A stretch of 64,000 nucleotides of DNA from the human T2T-CHM13v2.0 reference genome, Homo sapiens: NCBI RefSeq assembly GCF_009914755.1, contig NC_060934.1; one strand, written 5' to 3'. Under the pieces are notes generated by a model, which saw only the letters and a list, made by a program, of their open reading frames with translations, ran no database searches and was not told the DNA's origin. Positions 55,698 through 64,000 of this stretch are shown piece after piece (the stretch's first letter is position 1; every line of letters begins with the position of its first letter). Made by a program: the position numbers and the translations under genes.

Positions 55698-56486
55698 AGT
55701 TTTCTTGAAGAGCTCTGTTCAACACCATTAACCTCCACCATGTCACAGATGCATCTGACTTTAGAAAGCTCCCCCATTCCCAGCACAAATGCATTTTTGA
55801 TTTGGAACACCTGGTGACACCTCATCTCACCAGACCTGACGATACACGGAGCCCATTTTCGGGAAGGTCACTGCGTGTCAGGGATATGTGTGAAGTGGAC
55901 ACTGCTCTTCCAGTCTGCCTGCTGCCTTCCTGTGTAGCCCTTTTGCTCTTTAAACAATAGCTACTTTGCTAAGAAACTCGGTGCTGTCCAGCCGCCTCCA
56001 GGCATCCCGAGGGTCTGGAAATGAGGTCCCTGCTCACCCTAGTTCCTGGCTGTGTGATCACCGTCTACAACAAGATGAATGTCTCGCTGTTCTCATGCTA
56101 TTTAGTATTTTATTTATTTTTCTCAGACAGAAATGACTAAGCCCATAAGAGGATGTGCTCACCAGGAAGCGAGGAAGCCACATGCACAGCACACGGAGCT
56201 GCTGCTTCCCTAGCTGGGAGGCCTGGTGCAGGGTCTTGCCATAGCCAAGGGCTCTGGGCGGAGGAAGGTGGAGAGATACCACGCTCAGCTCCCTGTGCAG
56301 TTCGCGATTCACGAGACACCCTAAACACAACGGTCTCTGGTCTAAATGGAATTAACTCAGTCTCACTCACAAACATCAGGGAGGGAGCCACTTCACAAAC
56401 AAATCCAGACTATCTGAGAACTGGCTGCTGAATGTCCGAAGAAAGCTGCATGTGATGGGCTTCTCTGGAAATTATCTGAGGTTTCC

Positions 56487-56548
56487 TTAGTTGAATGGGA
56501 CAAATTTGTACTGAGTGTTTAAATATCTGTAAAAATGTGTAAATATTT
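56487..56548 (+). repeat. 62-bp direct repeat, copy 2
   Basis: Identical to 54785-54846. Confidence 0.95.
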
Positions 56549-57639
56549 TTATGGTCCTTGAGGTCGACTGAATGCAAGGAGGCTGCACAACCAGCAGATG
56601 TGAGGAATGAAGCCGCCGAGGAAACTGATTTGAGTCCTGATGCAGTTTCTAAGACGGTGTGGGGAGGTGGGGAGGGGAATGCTGAATAATAAGATTACTC
56701 AGAGCTACTAACGATCTTGATTCAGTAATTTTCTGCTTAAAAAGGCACTTCGACCTTTTCCAAGCCCAGATGTATGCGTCTTAATGGAAGGTCATTCCCA
56801 TGCACAGCAAATGCAGCCTAGATTTATAAGAGAAACTGATAGATTCCTCAGCCGAGTGAGAGGGATGACACTGCTCCTATTTATTGGGTAAATGATCTAT
56901 TTTATATGGCACTATATGTACATGCACAAATGCATAAATTACGCAAAACAGTCTCGGCATAGTTAATGAACATGCCTGAAGGCTAATAAAAAAGTGCTTA
57001 ACTAGTTCTTTTATTTTCTCCTTTATGCATAACAGCATTTTACTTAATAGCATAAATCAAACTGAAGGACCATCTGTATTAAAACTTAAATAACTTTTTG
57101 GGGCTGTGTGTAGGCATAAAATAAAGTGTCTAGGGTAGAAAGCATGTTCAGATCGCCCTGAGATGAAAGGCTTACCTGCAATCTGTATTTCTTTTTCAGG
57201 ATTCCTTCTTACTTAAGATGAGTGTAATATTAAAGAATATTCAATTATTTAGCGGTTTTGCTTTTTCTTCATGGTCAGTGTCTGTGTGGTTTATCAACGC
57301 TGTAAACACACATTCACGCTGAGAGATGATGTGAGCGTTAGACACCCAGGGTTGAACTACAGCTGGGCCAGTAACTAGTGGTGCTATCTAGCCGAAGTCC
57401 ATGAGTGCATCTCAGCATCATCTCTACAATGGGGACGCCAGCATGGCCACTCTCCATTTGGCAAGAATCCAGTGAGATAGATGCAAACCACCAGCACCAG
57501 GCTGACAACTGGTCAACCATGCAAATGCATGCCAGCTGCAAACCATGGTGAGCAGCAATGCAGAACCTGAATTGTATGAGCAAGAAGTTCGAGCGCCTAT
57601 AGGCTGACTACCATAAGGGCCTCATCGAAAATATTACTT

Positions 57640-58275
57640 ATAACAAATAGCCAGTGAGCACATGAAAAGACATTCAGTATCACTAATCATTAGAAACTTA
57701 CACATTGAAACTACTGGGAGATAGATACTACTTCTCACGTATTAGGCTATAGAATTAGGTTGGCTACTATTTAAAAAAAAAAAACCACCACCACCAAAAC
57801 AACAAGTGGTGGTGAGGATTCAGAGAAATTGGAATCATGTTGAGAAATGGGTGCGTTATTGGTGGGAATGTGAAACGGTGCAGCCTCTGTGTCAAAGGGC
57901 AGTTAAAAAACTCAGTGTAGAATTACTGGATGATCCAGTCATCCCACTTCTGGGTAGGTACCCAACAGCACAGAAAGCAGGGTCAGGAACGGACTTTTGT
58001 GCACCTATGTTCATAGCAGCGTTATTCACGATAGCCAAAAGCTGGAACCAACTCAAGGTCCCATGGTTGCCAGGGGCTGCAGTGGCGGAAATGGGGAGTT
58101 AGCGTTTAATGGGGACAGAGTTTCAATTTGGGATGATGCAAAAGTAATGGAGCCGGATGGTGGTTATGTTTGCAAAACAGTGTGAATACACTTAATGCCA
58201 CTTAACTGTACATCTAGCGGTGGTTAAGACTGTACCTTTTATGTTGTATATATTTTGCCACAATTTAACAACAAT
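57640..58275 (+). mobile_element. L1MB-like 3' fragment
   Basis: ORF-track peptide ...LSVELLDDPVIPLLGRYP...PMFIAALFTIAKSWNQ matches the L1 ORF2 C-terminus; followed by 3'UTR. Confidence 0.85.
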
Positions 58276-59445
58276 GTAAAGTGTGGTGAAGTTTTTTCGT
58301 GTTTCAAAATACTGAGTAGTGGAAAGCTTTTGTGTTTTCTCCGTGGCAGCCTCCTTCTTCATTCACATGTTTATTCATTCATTCTTCTGGTCATAAAGAC
58401 TGTCCTGAGCTCCTGTCATGCGGCAGATACTACAACAGATGTGAGGTCCAGAAATAAACGCAGTGCAGAGTCTGATCTTCCCAGTCTAGAGTCTAGAAAC
58501 GAAAATAATCCCAGGAATAGATTAGTGCAGGATCACACGGCCAGTGCAATTCATAGAAGGGGCGTTTGTAAGATACTGAAAAGGTAAAAACAGAGAAACA
58601 CAGGGATGAGAATAGAAAAAGTGACAGAAGAAAGAGAAATACATTTTATGTAAACTCAATAGGTGACCATAGGCATCCATTTTTTTCCTGCTATAAAAAA
58701 TAACTGGATTTATGTTATCACTTCTGCCATTTGATTTAAATTTTCTAATAATAAAGGTTCCCTAGATTGCTAAGGATACTAAAGGTGGTGTAACCTACTC
58801 CTTACAGTGTTTTGCACATGGGGAAACTGAGGCCCATAAAGTCAAAAGGCAGAGTAAATGTTCACACAATTAAATTAGTGACAGACATGTGTCTATAATC
58901 CAGGTTTTCAGAAACTGACAATTTCCTTATGTTACAGGGCTTTTTCCAAGCTGGCCAGACACCTGTTCCCAGTGACCCAATACTTACTGATATGTGATCT
59001 CATATTTATGGAGTGCTATCAATGAGCTTTTCAAATTATAGTTATGTCATTAAGACCTGCTTTTTATTAGGGGGTTAGGCACATTTTCTTACTTCTGAAA
59101 GGGCAAAGGACTTCATTCTGGTTAGGAAAAGACAGGCAAGGTCTGCGCTCCTGACATGAAGTTCAGACCCACTTACTGGCATGTAAATCTGCCCATTTGT
59201 TCATTATGCATCCATTTAACAAGCAGTCAACCCATACGTTGTTGACTATTAAATGCAGCTGGGATGTAGTAATGAAAGGGATGGGCGTAATTTTGCCCTT
59301 AATAACCTTACAATCTGGTGAAAGTAAATTCTACCTTTCTAATTGGCTACTTGAACATAGGAATTGGAAGAGGAAGCAAGCCAGCTGCCATCAGGAAAAC
59401 AACAAATGTGCCCAGAGAGAGTTAATGCATTTATAAAAACCAAAA

Positions 59446-59446
<1 letters not shown>

Positions 59447-59490
<44 letters not shown>
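59447..59490. repeat. (CA)22 perfect microsatellite
   Basis: Read directly. Confidence 0.97.
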
Positions 59491-59493
<3 letters not shown>

Positions 59494-59667
59494 CCCAAAT
59501 CTACTCACAAGTGCTGCCATGACGCCTAGGAACAGAAACAGGATTTGGAAAGGGCTTTTAAAGGATTCATTATGAAAAAAATATATTTAAAAGAAATTTT
59601 GTTCAATATTACTAATTGTACTTTATCTTATAACACTTATGGGGAGCACTTGGAAACTGTTGGCTTT

Positions 59668-59968
59668 AGGGCAAGCACAGTGGCTCCTGTCCTGTCATCT
59701 CAGCACGTTGGAAGGGCAATGTAGGAGGATTGCTTGAAGTCAGGAGTTCAAGAGTAGCCTAGACAATATAGCAACACCTCATCTCTAAAAAAAAATAAAA
59801 ATAAAAAATTAGCTAGGCATGGTGGTGCACACCTGTAATCCCAGCTACTAGGAGGCAGAGGCAGGAACATTTCTTAAGCCTGGGAATTTCAGGCGGCAGT
59901 AAGCTTGATCACACCACTGCACTCCAGCATGGGTGATGGAGTGAGACTCTGTCCCTAAAAATATAAAA
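59668..59968 (+). mobile_element. AluJ
   Basis: Diverged dimeric Alu. Confidence 0.9.
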
Positions 59969-60116
59969 ATGAACTGCTTTATTTAGCCTTTAACTTTTTA
60001 TATAAAAAGTAATATTTTATTTTAATATTTTTAAGAAATAATAAGGTAGAATGTATTGTATTGACACAATGGCAATTTCCAGGCCTTAAATAATTTTGGT
60101 TAATAAATAATTTCTG

Positions 60117-60650
<534 letters not shown>

Positions 60651-61107
60651 CTATTGGTGTGGATCACAAGGCCATCAGCACATGTGGCTGTTACCCGGGT
60701 GTTAGCTGTGGACAGTATGGGAGGAGAGACCCTCTTCAATGCCAGTGCACTGACTCTGGGAGGCAGAGGACTCTGTCTGCAGGCAGGAAACTTTCATGCT
60801 GGCATTTTGACTCATGTTTTAGTAAATTGCAACTTTCTTCCATTTACGTTGGTGTTAAGGTAATGCCAGCAGTGGGGAGAGACCAGCATAAATTAGACAA
60901 AGCTAGGATTTCTCAGGATTTTAAAAAGAGCCAGATTGAAAGAAAATAGCTACTTTGGGCAACTTTTTCCACCAGATCCAATCTTCACATATAAGGAACA
61001 CCATCATTTTACCATGTTACATTTTTAAAATTTTAACATTGGCTGTTTTGTTATTCCTGTTGGAACTCTTAAGATAATAAAGTGAAGCATAAATAAAGCT
61101 ACAGATA

Positions 61108-61540
61108 TGGACAGAGACCGTCTTCTTGACCAAACCCAAGGCAGTGTCTGCACTTTCTTCTGGACTGGACCCCGACCTTGGGCTCTGTCCTTGACCGGCT
61201 TAGTCCAGTTTTAGCAAGAATCCTGCTGGGTCAGTTTAGCAAAAATTCTCGACTCTTGATAGCTGATCAGATTTCTCATCACTCATCCTGGATATCTTAC
61301 CACCCTGGGCTGCTTGCAGCATGAATCCTGCTGAGACGGTCTAGCAAGAATCCCCGTCCCCATGATGTACCATCCACTGACCCCACCCTGCTCCATGGCT
61401 GTAAATGTCCACGTGTCCTTGTTTTACCTGTTGTTGATCCCCAGCTCTCTCTCCCTACTGCAAACCCCATTGGGAAGTCCTTTCTCAAAATGCCTTCCTT
61501 CCTGTCTTTAACAAGGGTCAGAATAATTTTTTCTTTGATA
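61108..61540 (+). mobile_element. ERV1 solo LTR (MER31-like)
   Basis: agtccagttttagcaagaatcctgctgggtcagtttagc...catccactgaccccc...cagaataattttttctttgata. Confidence 0.75.
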
Positions 61541-61889
61541 TTACTCAAGTACCATTTCACACCCGGTCAAGAATCAAAAGAGTTCCTAATATATGACCTA
61601 GCAACTTTTAACTTTCTATAAGTTCTCTTTTCTTTTTAGAGCCTGAAAGATTAAACATTCATCGTGGTATTATGTGATGGGAGCTGCAGGGAAGTAGAAA
61701 GATGATGAGTTTCATTTGGGGCAAATTGAATTTGAGTTTCCAGCAGCATAGCATCCGGGAATATTCAGCAGGCGTTTGAAAATTGGCGTCTAATCCAAAT
61801 GAGAGATTAGTGCTAGAGGTAAAGATTGGCAACCTGTCTTCCCAGGGACAAGAACTGAAGCTCCAGCCATGATCCAGCCTGCCTGTGGG

Positions 61890-62440
61890 GAGGGTGGTGT
61901 CCATGTCTCCAGAGACTACAGGACATCCCGGGGTGGGTGAAATCGCAGCCAGGGAGAATGCACACCCTGAGGAGTGTGAAGCTCACAGCAAGAGGGTGTT
62001 AGGAAGGACGGGGGGAACTGAGCTTGTGTTAGGTGTTTTGGGGGTGATTGAAGAAAGTGGGGACTCTGTGGACTGGGTGCTGTCAGGAAGCTGGGCTCAT
62101 TCCCGGATGGGGGGGGTCTTCATCTGTCTTATCTCAAAGTCGAGCAGACTATAGCAAGACCAGGCTATAATTGGTAAAGAAATAGCGGTCGCTCCCTCTC
62201 ATTAGCCAGGATAATGGGATGGTGGGTCATTTTCATGGGTCATACAATGTGCATATTTTGTTTGTGTTTAGAGATCATTACAGAAAGGTCTTGTCTTTTT
62301 CTTGATCTATCCTGGTCTCAGAGTGGTCTTGCCTGAGGTTGATGTTGTATGAAACTCTTTGTATCCATGGAGACAGCATCAGGGCTCACCTGATGGTCCA
62401 GCCTAGGTCCTGGAGGTCATGACTGCTTCTCTCTCTCTGG
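61890..62440. mobile_element. Probable old LTR (family uncertain)
   Basis: LTR-like text (ggctataattggtaaagaaatagc, gagtggtcttgcctgaggttgatg) interrupting L2-like sequence. Confidence 0.4.
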
Positions 62441-62580
62441 AAGAAGGAGAGAGCATCTTGAGCACTGCACCCTCCCTTACGACCCAGCTGTTCAGAGAAT
62501 GGCAAAAAAAGTGAAAGTAGGAGGAAAACCAGAGAATGCAACATCGACTCTTCTCACTTTGCATTTAAAAAAATGCACGC

Positions 62581-62884
<304 letters not shown>

Positions 62885-64000
62885 TTGCATGCACCTGTGT
62901 GGAGACACCACAAATAAGACATCATAGCACAGTGGAGTTAGCTGGAATTTCCATCTAGTAAAACACATGACATCCCTGACTTGCAGCTCGTGCAGAAAAC
63001 TCTGCTAAATTCATTTAATTTAATTCACTGGAGGAGGTTTGCAGTCGAGTGGGGTATCCCTAAGGAATTCTCCAGTTTGTTAGTGATTTGATCTGTTACC
63101 AAAATTCTCGGGTTTTTTTTTTAAAGAAGTTGCAAAATGTCATAAAACCATCATGTCTGTCTTTTGATGTCATTTCAATTTGTCTATAAGTGACAGATGA
63201 CAGATGTCTCTTGATCCATTCTGACCCAATGGGTTCTTGTTAAAATTAGATTTTACCATTCTTGCCCCTTGCTTGGACTCACAAGGGACTCTGTGAATGC
63301 TGCTGGATAAATGTGCCTCCACGCTTTCTAGAACTCTCTCCAGGCTTGGGCTTCTTGGCCCAGATTTTTAAAGTTCCTGCAAGCACCATGGTTACTGCTC
63401 CTTTCTTCCGAGGCCGATTCCACACATTAGCATGGGGTGGGAAGCCGGCTCCCAAGCCCACAGTGCACACGGTTTCCTCTTTTGAATGCAGGCTGCTTTT
63501 CGTCTTGACCACATTCTCCCACTGTATGGCCCATTCTACCCCACGGCCCCATCTTGGCACCACAGGGATGCCAGTGTGAGTCTCGTGGCCCACTCATCGG
63601 GCGCAGTGCCCTGGGATGCTCCTTGTCACCATGCACAGTGGGACATGTGAGAAACCCCAACTCTGCATCCTCCTTCCCTCTCCTGGGAATCTCCAGGACC
63701 CACTGGGACAACACAGCGAGATGAAAGTTCGGAGAGAGCGACCTGGCACACAGCAACCCACCACCTTCTTGGCTGTGTCCCATTTGCCTTTCCAGGCCAT
63801 TTTTTCCCCTGGGAAAAGCCCTGAGGAGGCATGTGTGATGTGTGGGTGTTTTCAGATCGGGACTTTAAACCTACGTCTTTGATGGCTCCATTAGTTATGC
63901 TCATGTTGATCCCTCATTTGAAGTGTGAAGGCCACCCTGCACTGTCAGCACGGGACTGCCACAATGCAGCTATTGTCGCCAGCATTCTCTAGACCAACAG

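Noticed and set aside
57806-58102. L1 ORF2-like peptide as a CDS
   Set aside because: Degenerate fragment of an old L1, not an intact ORF

Overview
Primate (almost certainly human) non-coding genomic DNA, dense in interspersed repeats: about 25 Alu copies or fragments, old L1/L2/MIR pieces, MaLR/ERVL/ERV1 solo LTRs and hAT-type MER elements. I find no credible protein-coding gene, tRNA/rRNA gene or CRISPR array, and the long ORFs in the track are Alu-, LTR- or VNTR-derived. The main structures are: (1) a ~2.25 kb, 28-29 bp minisatellite (29375-31620) inside an old L1 3'UTR, with a 515 bp higher-order duplication; (2) a CpG-rich 13 x 68/69 bp VNTR (34149-35035) that has no stop codon on the minus strand and lies directly downstream of an intact, minus-strand ERV9 LTR12 solo LTR (35129-36728); (3) a cluster of ERVL/MaLR LTRs with DUX4-type motifs next to it; (4) a unique, motif-rich, CpG-retaining block at ~47.1-48.6 kb that looks like an enhancer/promoter or lncRNA; (5) several small mutational signatures (a 62 bp exact non-tandem duplication, a perfect hairpin in MER30, a twin-priming-type L1 inversion, two right-arm-only AluY copies). 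Repeat family names come from remembered consensus sequences and need RepeatMasker/Dfam confirmation. I see no evidence for a wholly new biological system; the best lead is the LTR12-VNTR unit.
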